From NCBI GenBank assembly GCA_964016885.1, contig OZ024741.1:272118001-272182000 (forward strand): 64,000 nt of DNA. The letters run 5' to 3'. Shown piece after piece: positions 38,567-53,366 of this stretch. The notes below the pieces were generated by a model. That model saw only the letters and a list, made by a program, of their open reading frames with translations, ran no database searches and had not been told where the DNA came from. Both the position numbers and the translations under genes were made by a program. The DNA comes from Eledone cirrhosa (Eukaryota). Within the stretch, counting starts at the first letter, position 1, and every line of letters starts with the position of its first letter.

Positions 38567-39539
38567 TATATATACCATTTTTTCATATTAGTTATCTACA
38601 CACCTGTTAGCTACCTACCTAATGATATACACATATTATCAATCTTACTTACTTAACTAGACATCTGGCTATTTATCTGTCTGTGCATCTATCTAGATAC
38701 CCATCCAGCCACCTATCAGTCATTTGAATTAACTGTCTGAAAGAGAGAGAGAGAAGGTTAAACATCACACACACTCTTATCCATATATATATGTATCATC
38801 ATCATCATCACCGTTTTACGTCCACTTATTCATGCTACCATGGGTTATACGAGTTGTTCTGTTGTGGGCAATGCCAAGTCAGGTGACCATGTTTGCTCAT
38901 ACAGAACTGATTTTGGCTTGATTTCTACAGATGGATGCCCTTCCTAACACCAACCTCATTTGCAGTGAGTGCTTTTTTGTCATGACACCTATACGACCAC
39001 TTTACAGTGGGAGGGGGCATACTGTCCATATGCTTCAGCTTCGTCTTGTACCTGTTGGAAGTCGGATCTTCAGTATTACTGCATAATGCCAGAGGTCCTG
39101 TGTCATCGCCTTTGAGAGGTGCAAATGGGCACGATCAGCTTTTATCACCTCATATATATATCGGGAAGGATTTAGTACTTGATACTTTGAGTAGTAGAGT
39201 ATGATTTTATTATAAAGAGTTGGGACCTGATGGCTGAGTCTGGAACTAGTTGTTGAAATGGCAAGAGCTCAGCCATGGGGTCCCGACTCTTTATAATATA
39301 TATATTGATGCCATGTGTATCCCGGATTTTAGTGCTTGTCATATGAGGCTGCTAAAAGTGTTGGTATGAGGAAAGACATCCAGCTGTAAAACATTGTCTC
39401 AAAACAACCCGTCCAACCCATACCAGCATGTAAAAATGATGATGATGATGTCTGGTTGTATGTGGGAATCTTTCTCTTTATATCTTTATGTCATTTAATT
39501 CTGGCATGGACAGTTCTTATTTGGTCAGCTCTTATTTAG

Positions 39540-39960
39540 AGTTACTGCCTTCCAACATTATATAGAAAACCTACCTTCACTCTCAGCCTGGGTACACTGT
39601 ATGGAGTTATTACCCTCCTACATCTGTCACAAATCTACCTCTCTCTCTCAGCCTGTCATCTCACTACACTTCTACATCTATCGTTTACACTGTCAGAAGT
39701 TTCCACCTCCTCCTTTTCTACATATTCAATGCAGTCATTTCCTTGATGGTAGCAGAGTCCTGTCTTCTTTCTTACTTATTAAAACTTTAGGTTTTGCTAA
39801 ATTCATACTGAAGCATTTTAATTCTTGTTTTTTACTTCCATTCCTGGAATTACTTCTCTAAATTCTAGTTTATAAGAACTAGGTCATCAAGTCATCGGCA
39901 TATAGAAATTCCTCTGATCAGCCTTCTATTGTGGCTTGGAGGAATATGGTAACATAACAA
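39540..39960 (-). mobile_element. Old degenerate RTE RT relic
   Basis: Minus strand EEFLYADDL..MNLAKPKVLISK..PSRK, with many disruptions. Confidence 0.6.
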
Positions 39961-41326
39961 GAAATGGGTTGGTGATAGTGGTGTTGTCTTGCAAATGATG
40001 ATGGTGATAATGACAGTGGTGGTGGCTTAGATGGTAGCAGTATGGCAGAAGCCATGGTGGTTTGTAGATAAGCAATGCTACATATCTGGCACAAGGCTAC
40101 AAATTTGTTATGGAAATGGTAAAGTCAGTTGGAACTGAACCCCAGAAGATGACTGGTACTTCTATTTTATTGACTTGGTGTGTTAGTGGAAGGGGATAAT
40201 AAATGTAAGACGATAAATGTAACTTTGGTTAACTCTTTCATTACCAGAATACCAATAAAACATACTGCCCCTGATTTTCAAATAATTTTGAAAATAACCA
40301 AGAATTTGGAGAGATAGTATTTTGAAATTATGTTATCAAAGGTTCTTATATAAAATTATGGTAGAAGGATATGTATATAATATATATATAACCCATGCTA
40401 GCAGGGAAGATGGACGTTAAACGAGGATGATGATGATATACATACACACACACACATATATACATTATATATACGTGTGTATATATATATGTATATATAT
40501 ATATCATTATCACCGTTTAACGTTCATTTTCCATGCTACCATGGTGTAGATGGGTTGTTCCATTTGAGGCAAGTTGGTTCGGAGGACCATGTCTTGCTCA
40601 TACAGAACTGATTTTATCTTGGTTTCTACGGCTGGATACCCTTCCTAATACCAACTACATCTATAGTGTGTACTGGGTGCTTTTTATTGTGACATCTACA
40701 CAACCTTCTTACCACCACCTCAACTTACCACCACCACCACCACTACTACTATTATCTCAGCCATCATCATCATCAATACTACCACCACCACTATTACCTC
40801 TGCCATCATCATCATCGCCACCACCACCACTACTACTATTACCACTACGATCATCATTACTACTACCACCACCACCACCACTACTATTACCACTGCCATC
40901 ATCATCATTACTACTACCACCACCACTACTACTATTACCACTACGATCATCATTACTACTACCACCACCACCATCATTACCACTGCCATCATCATCATTA
41001 CTACTACCACCACCACCACCCCTACAATTACCGCTGTCATCATCATCACCACCACACCAACTATTATTACCACTGCCATCATCATCACCACCACCACCAC
41101 CACCATTAACACTGCCATCATCATCATTACTACCACCCCTACCATTACCGCTGCCACCACAACCACTATTACCACTGCCATCATCATCATCATCATTACC
41201 ACCACCATATCATACTGATGTTTATTCCCACAAGATCACCACCACCACCACCACTCTTACATCCACCAGTATTATTGACATTTATGCTGTAATAATGTCA
41301 AGTGAATGTTTGGCTTGTGTGTGTGC

Positions 41327-41368
<42 letters not shown>

Positions 41369-41397
41369 GCATATACACACTTATACTGCTATACACA

Positions 41398-41431
<34 letters not shown>

Positions 41432-41556
41432 CTTAAGCATTGGTTTGTCTTCTGTATGTATGTCATTGTTATTGTTTGATCTATGGTGTGAAGTGATGTC
41501 TCTCTGTGTATGTATGTATGTGTGTATATCCGAATGTATGGATTTATATGTATCTC

Positions 41557-41616
<60 letters not shown>

Positions 41617-41704
41617 CATACACACATATATGATGATGCTGTGAAGTGATGTTTGTGTGTGTATCCATGTCCAGATCTATAACTATCTTTATGTGCGCGC
41701 GTGT

Positions 41705-41838
<134 letters not shown>

Positions 41839-43637
41839 CATCATCATCATCATCGTTTAACGTCTATCGTCCACGCTAGCATGGGTTTATATATATAATA
41901 TTTGCTTTGCTTTTCTATGGTATATATATATATATATATGTGTGTGTGTATGCGCGTAATATTCCAAAGAAAATCAGCTGTCTCCTTTTCTGTCCATTTT
42001 CTTTGATGGTTCACAGAAGTAATGGAAGAACGACGGTCCGGACCTGAAAGTTGGACTCCAAGAATAATTAGAACCACTGAAGGAGGACATTAGCTTTGAT
42101 TGTAGTGCTGCCATATCTTGGATAGAAAACCCCCCGAGTAACAATAACACACATACACACACTCGTAGACATATATACAGACTGCATACACACACACGCG
42201 CGCACACATACATACATACACACACTCGTACACATATACAGTCATACACATACACACACATTGATACATGCACACACATATACATACACACACTCGTACA
42301 CATGCATACACACACGCTCGCACATACATACACATACTCGATATACACAGACACACACACACTCACGGACACACTTGTACACATGCACACGCTGGTAAAA
42401 AGTGACACATACGCTCATACACATTTACACGTACAACCGCACACACATACAAGCAGTCATACATATATAGTGTTAGACATTAAATTATCAAAATCATTGG
42501 TCACTGGGACATTAGTATATGTGAGTTACCTCCCTTGGGTATCTTGCCGTTTCTGTTTTTTCCATGAAGCGTTTGACGTTTTTTTTGTTTTGTTTTTGTG
42601 TGTGGAAAAGAATGGGAGGGGGGGGGGGAGAATTAGATTAACCCCTTTCATTACCATATTTCTAATGAAAGACAATCCCAATCATTTCGAAAATAATCGA
42701 AATTTTTAACTATATAATTTACTTTCTCATTATTAAGCTGTTATTTAGAACCTAACTTAACATTTTTAAACACATTAACCCTTTCCTTACCATATTTCTA
42801 ATAAAAGACACATTCTATGATTTTCAAATCATTTTGAAAATAATCAAGAATTTGGAAGCATTTTGTAAATATATTTAAGTTTCTCCTTATTTATCTGGTG
42901 TTTGGAACATGACATAAAGGTTTTTACATAAAATTATGGAGAGTTTTGGGATAAATATAAACAATTTAAAATATTATAGCTTTATATCATAGAATGAGGG
43001 GCAGTTTCAGGCAGTTTGGTATTAAAAAAGTAATTGTTTGATAATGTTGATTGATAGAATTGTTTGATAAATAAAGCTGATTGGTCAATACAGTTGTTTG
43101 ATAGATAAAGCTGACTGTTTCATGCAGTTGTTTGATAGCTAGAGCTGTCTCATGTTGTTGTTTGATAGATAGAGCTGACTGTTGCCATGCTTGCATAGGT
43201 TAGATGAGTTGTCATATTATGAGACAATTCAGGTCCAGAGACCATGTCTTGCTCATAAAATCTGTATTTTACTTGGTTTTCATGCCCTTCCTAACATCAA
43301 CTTCGTTTGTGCGTTTATATTTACTATTTGTTTATATTTTGTAACTTAGCGGTTCAACAAGTATAGATTAAGATAAGTACCAAACTTTTTTAAGAACCAT
43401 GTAATTGAGTTGATATGGTCGACTAAATCCCATTATGGCCACAGTCTGATGACTAAAGCCAGTAAAAGAATAACATCATCATCATCATCATCATCGTTTA
43501 ACGTCCATCTTCCACGCTTGCATGAGTATATATATATATATACACACACACACAAGTAATGACTTGGTCCGTGACAGCCCATCCAATCCCTTACTAACAG
43601 GGTAAATGAAAGTTAAATGATAATACTGATGATGATG

Positions 43638-43675
<38 letters not shown>

Positions 43676-43778
43676 TATAGGAAACTTGAACATTTTCCTA
43701 TTACCCACTCTACTACCCAAAGTATTGAGTACTCTGGTGCGTTATGGTCCACCTGGTTCCTAACCACACTTCCTTCAT

Positions 43779-43809
<31 letters not shown>

Positions 43810-43818
43810 ATATATATA

Positions 43819-45657
43819 ATCATCATCATCGTTTAACGTCTATCTTCCACGCTAGCATGGGTTAGATGGGAGTTGTCCCAATTTGAGGCAAGGTTGGTCG
43901 GGTGACCGTGTCTCGCTCATTTAGGACTATCTGGCAGGTTTTCGACGGCTGGTTGCCCTTCCTAACACCAACCACATTTACAGTGTGGACTGGGAACTTT
44001 TTACCGTGTTACCTACACGGCCACATTACGGCGTGGACTGTCTGTTTTTGTCATGACACCTACACGATCTCGATCTCATTATCTCATTTATTTGGACTGG
44101 ATGTTGTGGTACCAACTTTACAGGGAAAGGGTGGTGTTGGTGGTAGGATGGAGTAGGGGTAGTGGATTGGGGTCTATATTTGGTTAAGAGGTGCCTACTG
44201 ACTGTAGGTTTCGCTTTGTACATAGGCAAGGCGGGTCTTCTGCATTACTGCATGGCGCCAAAGATCTCGGTCCAGTGACATTGTCTTAGAGAGGTGCAAG
44301 TGTGTAAGGTCGGAATTTATCAAATCGTCCCAGGTTTTTCTGGGTCTACCTACTCCGTAAATTCCATCAATTTTGATTGCCCTGCACTTTTTTGTACAGC
44401 TGTTGTCTTTCATGCGCATTACGTGACCATACCAACATAGTCCTCTCTCGAGTAAACAGCATCTGATCCCTCTTATTCCTAATTTCTCACTTAGTTCATT
44501 TATGTATTGCCGTTCACATATATTACTATTACACATCCAACAGAGCATGCATGCTTCATTCCTTTCCAGTCTGCGCAGATCCTCTGCACACAATGCCCAT
44601 GTCTAACTGTCATGTAGCATTGCTGTTCGTATGTAGGCATCATACAATCTGCCTTTCATTTTTAGAGAGAAACCTTTTGTGGCTAACAGCGGTATAAGCT
44701 CTCTGAACTTTTTCCATCCCGTTCTGACTCTGGCTACTGTACTTTCAGAGCACCCTCCACCACTGCTGATTTTGTCACCCAGGTAACGGAAAGTGTCCAC
44801 TATTTCTATAGAACCATCTGGGCAATAGAAGGAGCTAGTATCTTGTGGGCACTTGCTACTTATTGCACCTGAGCATCAGCCACATATAAAATCTATGTTC
44901 TTAGATAGTTTACCTGTGATCCCACTACATCTTTTATGTACCCATAGTTTGCATTTGGGACATAAAATGGAATTTCTACCTACTCCTTTCCTATACACTG
45001 AGCATGGCCATTTCCCAGAGGGCACCTGTGCCCTATTTTCCTTTCTACATACTAGAACTTTAGTCTTAGACAAGTTAACTTTAAGGCCTTTTGATTCTAG
45101 GCCATGCTTCCATGTTTCGTATTTTTTCTCTAGTTCAGCCATAGATTCAGCTATGAGAGTTAGATCACCTGCGTATAGGAGTTCTAACCTTACTGACTGT
45201 TTCTTTATACATGGCTTGTATAGCTCTCACAAGCCATTCATCTACACCTAGTTTTCTAAGAGCTCACCAGATAATGGAGCGGGGGACTCTGTCAAAAGCT
45301 TTCTCCAATTCTACAAAAGCTAAGTAGAGGGGTTTACTTTTAGCTAGGTACTTCTCCTGTAGTTGTCGTACAAGGAAAAGAGCGTCTGTGGTACTTTTAC
45401 CTGACACAAACCCAAAATGCATTTCATCTAGACCAATTCACTCTCTGATTAGTTGCGCTATAACTCTTTCTGTGACCTTCATGACCTGGTCAACTAACTT
45501 AATGCCTCTATAGTTTCCTCTATCTAGAGCATCCCCTTTACCCTTGTAGCAGTTAATGATGCTGCTGCTACGCCAGTCTTTTGGGATAACCCCCATTCTG
45601 TATTAGTTGGTTTACTATCCAGGTGACCATAGTATGTCCCACCATTCCAGATGCTTC
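43819..45657 (-). mobile_element. RTE LINE, 5'-truncated, degenerate, with an internal deletion near 45185
   Basis: ORF pieces 44876..45142, 44603..44800 and 44195..44593 match the 36677 copy. The segment between ETVSKV and ELLYA is missing (GGAGTTC|TAACCTT). Confidence 0.92.
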
Positions 45658-46419
45658 CATTGCTCCAGTTTACTCAGCTGTAGAAATGAGATGATAGGGA
45701 CTGGGGTCCCTATCATTCCACTGCAAAGTGGTCGTGGAGGTGCCACGGCAAAAAAAGCACCCAGCACTCACTGTAAATGAGGTTGGTGTTAGGAAGGGCA
45801 TCCAGCTGTAGAAATCAAGCCAGAATCAGTTCCCGTCCCACCCTTGCAAGCAGGGAAAAGCGGACGTAAAATGACGATGAATGATGATGATATATATATA
45901 TATATAAGGACTAGCATCCGAAACGTTAACACTCTCTTCTATTTCAAGCGGTAAACTTAAACTAATATATTCCTTCCATATACTGTACCAATTGTGTTAT
46001 TTCTGTTTACCTTTTACACACAAACACACACACATAATATATATATATAGAGAGAGATTATTATTATTATTATTATTATAGGGATTGTTTGCCCAACAGC
46101 TAAGCTTAAACCATTTCAATAGTAAATTATTTACTATTGAAATGGTTGAAGCTTAGCTGTTAGGCAAACAGTCCCTAAAATATCTACATTCCATTCTATA
46201 TTCCTTAACTAAAGAATACTAAGTTGAGTAATCATCTTACTGGTTTTAACTATAATGACATCTTATCCCTTTCTCTCTCTCCCCTTCCCTCTCTTTTCCT
46301 TTCCCTCTCCTTCCCCTTCTCTCTCTCTCCCTCTCTTGCTTCACCCTCTCACTTGCTAAATTCAAATACGTTTTTAAATGTTATATATATATGTGCGTGT
46401 GTGTGCGCGTGTGTTATAT

Positions 46420-46522
<103 letters not shown>

Positions 46523-46715
46523 ACGAAGGAAATGTGGTAAGGAACCAGGTGGACCATAAGCACCAAAGTACTCAATACTTAGGGTAGTAGAGTGGGTAAT
46601 AGGAACGAGTAGGACCCCGACGGCTGAGCTCAAGCCGTTTTGCCGGCTAATTCTGGACTAAAATAGAATTAGCCGTCGAAACGGCTTGAGCTCAGCCGTC
46701 GGGGTCCTACTCGTT

Positions 46716-46762
<47 letters not shown>

Positions 46763-47138
46763 TCTTTTTTAAATGTTAGATATATATATATATATACACA
46801 CACACACATGTGTGTGTGTTTAAATGTTATATATACATCCATACACACACACATATATATATATATGTGAGTGTGTGTGTGTATGTGTTTTTAAATGTTA
46901 GATATAAGCCATTTTGTTTCTTTTTCATTGCTTAATGATAAATAAGAAGTCTAGACCAGATGGGATTGTAAACATGTCATCTAAATGTCCCCTGGCCCCC
47001 TAGATAAGTTGACCCCACCCATATAGAAAATGTTTGTTAAAGTCCTCCTCACTGGGCCCTCATGTATAAATTCAAATTTTGACTTTTTTTCAGTTTCCTT
47101 TTCTGCTTTGTTCACTTCTGCATGTATCTGTGTACATA

Positions 47139-47200
<62 letters not shown>

Positions 47201-49070
47201 GGTGTGTATTTGTGGCTGTATGTATCTGTGTATGAGTGTTCATGTACATATTATGTTTATATACTTATATATATATATATAATAATTGTTTCTACTTTTT
47301 GGCACAAGGCCAGCAATTACCCAGTACATTACTGGTACTTTATTTTATCGACCCCGTAAGGATGAAAGGCAAAGTTAACCTCGGCGGGATTTGAACTCAG
47401 AATGGCAAGGGCCGTAACTCTATGCGTCAAAGCATGGCATCCGACCCTCTACCAATATTGCCGATCCACCGCCATTATAGATTAATGAGAACAAAGTTTC
47501 ATTTACATGTATTTAGATTTTTATTGTGTGTCGACCTGTTACATGCGTTTCTCAAAGGATTGGCTCAGGGTCATCCTGATATATATATCATCATCATCAT
47601 TGTCATCATTTTAACGTCCACTTTCCAAGATAGCAAGGGTAGGATAGGTCTACATAGACCAAGTTAGTACTGAAGTAGAGCTACTGACCTCCCAGACAGG
47701 GCTGCATCTTGCTTATCTGCAGTCTCATGTTCTATTAAGTGCACAGGAGAAGTTGTCATGTCTTTGGCACAACTGAGGATCCTCCCAACCCTTTGTTTAG
47801 CAGATTTCTACAGCAGGATGACCTTCCTATCACCAACACTAGGGAGGCTGTCACATCCTTGACATGACGAAGGGTCCTCCCAAGCTATTGTTTGGCAATA
47901 TATATATAATAATAATAAATGTGAAGACTAAAATCCGAAGAGGGCCCGACAAGGATAATATATATATAAAAATATATAAAACCATAGAGCAAATATTTAT
48001 TAAAATAACAGAGTTTCAGAAGATCCTGTTAAGAAGGAAAGCAGCGATTCTTTGCTTAAACTTTAATCTGTTATTTTAATATATATATATATAGGGTAAA
48101 GACACCCTTGGGTCACGAATGACTATGGGATTTGCACCTAGAAAATTCCCTTCCGAAACACAAGTCCGGGCAAGGTTGTTTGTGGAAGACCAGCAGTCAC
48201 CCATGCATACCAGTCTCCCCTCTCCCTGCCACCGATGCTGTCGGCATCAGTGACATCTCAACTCATTTCTTCAGCTGAGTGAACTGGAGCAACATGAAAT
48301 AAAGTGTCTTGCTCAAGGATATAACACAAAGCCTGGTCCGAGAATCTAACCTACACACGCACATATATGCTGCATGTGTCAGTCTTTCACTATACACACA
48401 TAACTGTGTCAGGTTATGTCTGTATGACACACTCTGTGTGTTTATAATAAAAGTGAAATGGTGTTGTGTGTGTGCAGGGCCAGTTATGGGGGGGGGGGGG
48501 GCAAAGGGACAATTGCCCCAGGCACACTGCAGTCTGGAGCCCCACCAGCGACAGCCGTAGCAACTTATTTGTGCACTCAGCTGGGCTTTTTAGTTTTAGG
48601 ATGGTTAGAAGTTGTGAATTTAATACCTGTATGTATATCTTTTCAATACTTGCGTCAAGCTAACTTTGATTAGTAAATTTTTTTTTTTGGGGGGGGGAGG
48701 TTACTGTGTACGAGGGCCCCACCCAAACCTGAAGTGCCGGGAGGGGAGCAAAGTCCAAACCTGTGTGTGTGTGACTCACTTTGTATGTTTATAATAACAG
48801 TAAAATAGTGTGTGTGTGTGTGACACAGTTTGTATGTTTATAATAACAGTAAAATGATGCGTGTGTATGACACACACCGTTTCACTGTTATATACACATT
48901 CATGAAGTATGTTGTACATACATACACACGCATACACACACATGCAAACAGACTCACACACAGACACACGCACAGACATACAGACAGATCTAAACACACA
49001 CACACACCCCTATAAACATAGATATATCAATGTGTCTCATATATATATCTATATTTATATATATATATGG

Positions 49071-49120
<50 letters not shown>

Positions 49121-49949
49121 TAAATAAACAGCTTCATTTACATTATTCATCAGATTTTGTAAACTTTAAGCGGTATTTGGGATTATGTATATATAGCTAG
49201 ATATACTCCCCATTTTTAGACTGACATATAATATTATTGGTAGAGAGAGAGGGGGGGGGGGGGGGCTATTTCTATAACTATGTCACTATGTTGTTGCTGT
49301 TGCTACTGCTGTTGTTGTTGTTGTAGTTGTGATGGTGGCGATGATGATGGTGATTATGATGATGGTGGTGGTGGTGGTGGTAATGATGATGACGAGGAGG
49401 ATGAGCAGTGTGAAATATGAGGGAGCTGTGGCTGCTATTTCTAGCTGCTTTAGTCTACTCAGTAGGTGATGCTGGTCTTTATTGTTTTTTTTTTTTAAGT
49501 TTTTTCATTATGTGCAATTTGTGTTCTGCATTTTTATTTTCCTTCATCTTATTATTATTATTATTATTACGGTCCACTACGCTCTGAGTTCAAATCCTGC
49601 CGAGGTTAGCTTTGCCTTTCATCCTTACGGCTCGATAAAATAAAATACCAGTAATGCACTGGGGCTGATTTAATCGACTTTACCTCCCCCAAAATTGTTG
49701 GCCTCATGCTTAAATCAGAAACCTTGGGCAGTGGATTGGCAGTACCGGTTGGGCATCAAACAACATGCTTTCTGGCATATAGTTACGTCCCTTTAATTCT
49801 GAGTTAAAATCCCACCGGGTTTAACTTTGCCTTTCATCTTTACGGAGCCGATGAAATAAAGTACCAGTGATATACTGGGGTCAATTTAATTGGTTTGTCA
49901 TTGTTGTTTTAGATTTCCCCCTCTAAATGGTAGATAGATAGACCAGCAT

Positions 49950-50315
49950 TTTCCATATGTCTAACACCTGTGGACATGCTTTCAACATCAGAAAACAGTA
50001 CAGCTTCCATGACTTTCGGAAACATTTTTTCATGTTCAGAGTTGTTGAAGCATGGGACAAACTACCTGCATCAGTTGTTAGCTGTCGGGACACTGCATCC
50101 TTCAAAACTTCCATGCTTCCCAAAATTCGCCAACACTACATCTGGTATTCCCCTTCCATACACACACACACACACACACACGCATGAGTGTGTGTGTGTA
50201 TATCATGACCCATACACTGTTCACTGACATTTGTACATTATTCTATTTACTATACATGCACCTTTGATGATTTGTAATGCACCTGAGCACTGTAGATAAT
50301 AACTTTCATTATCAT
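49950..50315 (+). mobile_element. CR1-clade LINE 3' end
   Basis: SNTCGHAFNIRKQYSFHDFRKHFFMFRVVEAWDKLP plus 3'UTR. A further UTR piece lies at 55288-55412 (-). Confidence 0.88.
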
Positions 50316-50644
50316 CATCATCGTTTAACGTTCATTTTTTTCATGCTAGCATTGGTTAGACGAGTTGTCCAGATGTGAGCCAAACCAAAGCAGATGACCG
50401 TCTCCAGCTCTCACTGGACCAACTTCAACTTGCTTTCTACAGCTGGATGCCCTTCCTAATGCAAACCACATTTACAGTGTGTACTGGGTGCTTTTTGTCG
50501 TGGCAATTACACAACCACTTTACAGTGTATACTGGGTGTTTTTTGTTGGGAAACCGACTCAACCACTTTACAGTGTGGATTGGGTGCTTTTTGTTGACAC
50601 CTACACAACCACTTACAGGTAAATAGATATAGCTACATGGATGT

Positions 50645-51476
50645 AGATAGATAGATATGTTTCTTTATTAGCCACAGGGGCACAAAAGAAGGGGACAAGT
50701 ACAAAGGGGGAAGTTTACATACAATAAAAACGTGTAAAATACTATCACAAATGCAATTTAAAAATTAATCAATTTTCCCCAATAGGGGGAGACATTACAT
50801 ATGGGTAACACATACCCCTGGAAAAAATGTGCAACCCTCATATCCAGGAGTACGAAGAGCGAGTACCCCTTTCCTCTCTTCCTCTTTTTCCTCAACCTAC
50901 AGGCTGATATAGAGAGAAGGCCCATTTACTCGGGCTATTATCGCCACTTTCACCCACCTTTCATAAAACTTGCTGGGGTACAGCACCTCTCTCTCCATCC
51001 TGATTCTTCTTCCAAGGTGGTATTTGAAAAAAAGAATCAATTGTTGGCCGGAGAGAAAGGTATCTAACCTCGTCCACCATACAACCTCTTTCGCCAGAGC
51101 TATCACACAAAGGAAAACTGCCTCTCCTTCGTTTTTGAAGGAGGGTGGCGGTTTGATCATGACAATGGACTCGGTGATCAACTGGATTGGTCCCTCCCAC
51201 GACAATAGTCGTTCTACATAGCCCCACAGGTCGGTAATGCCCGGGCAGTGTACGAATGCGTGCGTGATGGTAGAAAGATAGATAGATGGATGGATGGAAA
51301 GGTAGATAGATAGATGGAAAGGTAGATAGAAAGATAGATATGTTTCTTTATTAGCCACAGGGGCACAAAAGAAGGGGACAAATACAAAGGGGGAAGTTTA
51401 CATACAATAAAAACGTGTAAAATATTATCACAAATACAATTTAAAAATTAGTCGATTTTCCCCAATAGAGGGAGAT
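50645..51476 (-). mobile_element. Two tandem 5'-truncated L1/Tx1-like LINE ends in a GATA microsatellite
   Basis: ORF 50897..51268 (TITHAFVHCPGITDLW..AKEVVWWTRL..FYERW) resembles the L1/Tx1 C-terminus. The 3'UTR with AATAAA is duplicated at 50657-50793 and 51340-51475, each ending in (TATC)n. Confidence 0.75.
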
Positions 51477-51769
51477 GGACAGCCGGATGGACAGACAAAC
51501 AGTTAGGAGCTAGAGTTAGACAAAGAGAATTAAAGGTTAGAGGGAAGGAAAGAGAAACTGTGATTGTGATTGTGTATATGTGTGAAGGGTAATAAAGAAA
51601 GAGTGATGGAGAGGGAGTGTGTGTATGTGTGTGTGAGGGATGAAACAGAAAAAGATGGAGGGAGAGTGTTTGTGTGTGTGTGTTGAAAGGGAGAACTATT
51701 TAAAGAGACAGTTAGAGAGATAGAGAGAGAAAGGGTGAGAGATATAGAGAAAGAGAGAGGGAGGGAGGA

Positions 51770-53250
51770 AGGGAAGTAAGAATTAGAGAGTAGGAGAGAG
51801 GGACGAGAGGGTCAGATATAAAGAGAGAAAGAGAGAGAGGAGGAAGGCAAGTAAGAATTAGAGAGTGGGACAAGAGAAGGTGAGATATAAAGAGAGAGAG
51901 GAGGAAGGAAAGTAAGAATTAGAGAGTGAGACGAGAGGGTGAGATATAAAGAGAGAGAGGAGGAAGGCAAGTAAGAATTAGAGAGTGGGACGAGAGGGTG
52001 AGATATAAAGAGAAAGAGGAGGAAGGCAAGTAAGAATTAGAGAGTGGGAGAGAGAAGGTGAGATATAAAGAGAGAGGAGGAAGGCAAGTAAGAATTAGAG
52101 AGTGGGACGAGAGGGTGAGATATAAAGAGAGAGAGGAGGAAGGCAAGTAAGAATTAGAGAGTGGGACGAGAGGGTGAGATATAAAGAGAGAGGAGGAAGG
52201 CAAGTAAGAATTAGAGAGTGGGACGGACGAGAGGGTGAGATATAAAGAGAAAGAGGAGGAAGGCAAGTAAGAATTAGAGAGTGGGACGAGAGAAGGTGAG
52301 ATATAAAGAGAGAGGAGGAAGGCAAGTAAGAATTAGAGAGTGGGACGAGAGGGTGAGATATAAAGAGAGAGGAGGAAGGCAAGTAAGAATTAGAGAGTGG
52401 GACGAGAGGGTGAGATATAAAGAGAGAGAGGAGGAAGGCAAGTAAGAATTAGAGAGTGGGACGAGAGGGTGAGATATAAAGAGAGAGGAGGAAGGCAAGT
52501 AAGAATTAGAGAGTGGGACGAGAGGGTGAGATATAAAGAGAGAGGAGGAAGGCAAGTAAGAATTAGAGAGTGGGACGGACGAGAGGGTGAGATATAAAGA
52601 GAAAGAGGAGGAAGGCAAGTAAGAATTAGAGAGTGGGAGAGAGAAGGTGAGATATAAAGAGAGAGAGGAGGAAGGCAAGTAAGAATTAGAGAGTGGGAGA
52701 GAGAAGGTGAGATATAAAGAGAAAGAGGAGGAAGGCAAGTAAGAATTAGAGAGTGGGAGAGAGAAGGTGAGATATAAAGAGAAAGAGGAGGAAGGCAAGT
52801 AAGAATTAGAGAGTGGGAGAGAGAAGGTGAGATATAAAGAGAGAGAGGAGGAAGGCAAGTAAGAATTAGAGAGTGGGAGAGAGAAGGTGAGATATAAAGA
52901 GAAAGAGGAGGAAGGCAAGTAAGAATTAGAGAGTGGGAGAGAGAAGGTGAGATATAAAGAGAAAGAGGAGGAAGGCAAGTAAGAATTAGAGAGTGGGAGA
53001 GAGAAGGTGAGATATAAAGAGAAAGAGGAGGAAGGCAAGTAAGAATTAGAGAGTGGGAGAGAGAAGGTGAGATATAAAGAGAGAGGAGGAAGGCAAGTAA
53101 GAATTAGAGAGTGGGAGAGAGAAGGTGAGATATAAAGAGAAAGAGGAGGAAGGCAAGTAAGAATTAGAGAGTGGGAGAGAGAAGGTGAGATATAAAGAGA
53201 GATAGAAAGAGAAAGGATGAGAAAGAGAGAGAAAGGAAGGGAAGTAAGAA
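51770..53250. repeat. Purine-rich minisatellite, unit about 58-64 bp, about 24 copies
   Basis: Unit GAGGAGGAAGGCAAGTAAGAATTAGAGAGTGGGA(C/GA)GAGA(G/A)GGTGAGATATAAAGAGA(A/G)A; exact 60-bp register over 52620-53060. Confidence 0.95.
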
Positions 53251-53325
53251 TGAGAGGGGGTCTCATATGTTTAACCTAGTTTAAAATGTTCATGGGAATC
53301 TCTGCTGAAGTGAGGAGACTGTGTA

Positions 53326-53366
<41 letters not shown>

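Noticed and set aside
41955-42140. Non-repetitive island with RKWTEKETADFLW on the minus strand (Myb/SANT-like)
   Set aside because: Too short, with a stop upstream in frame and no clear splice sites; not enough support for an exon or a transposon call.
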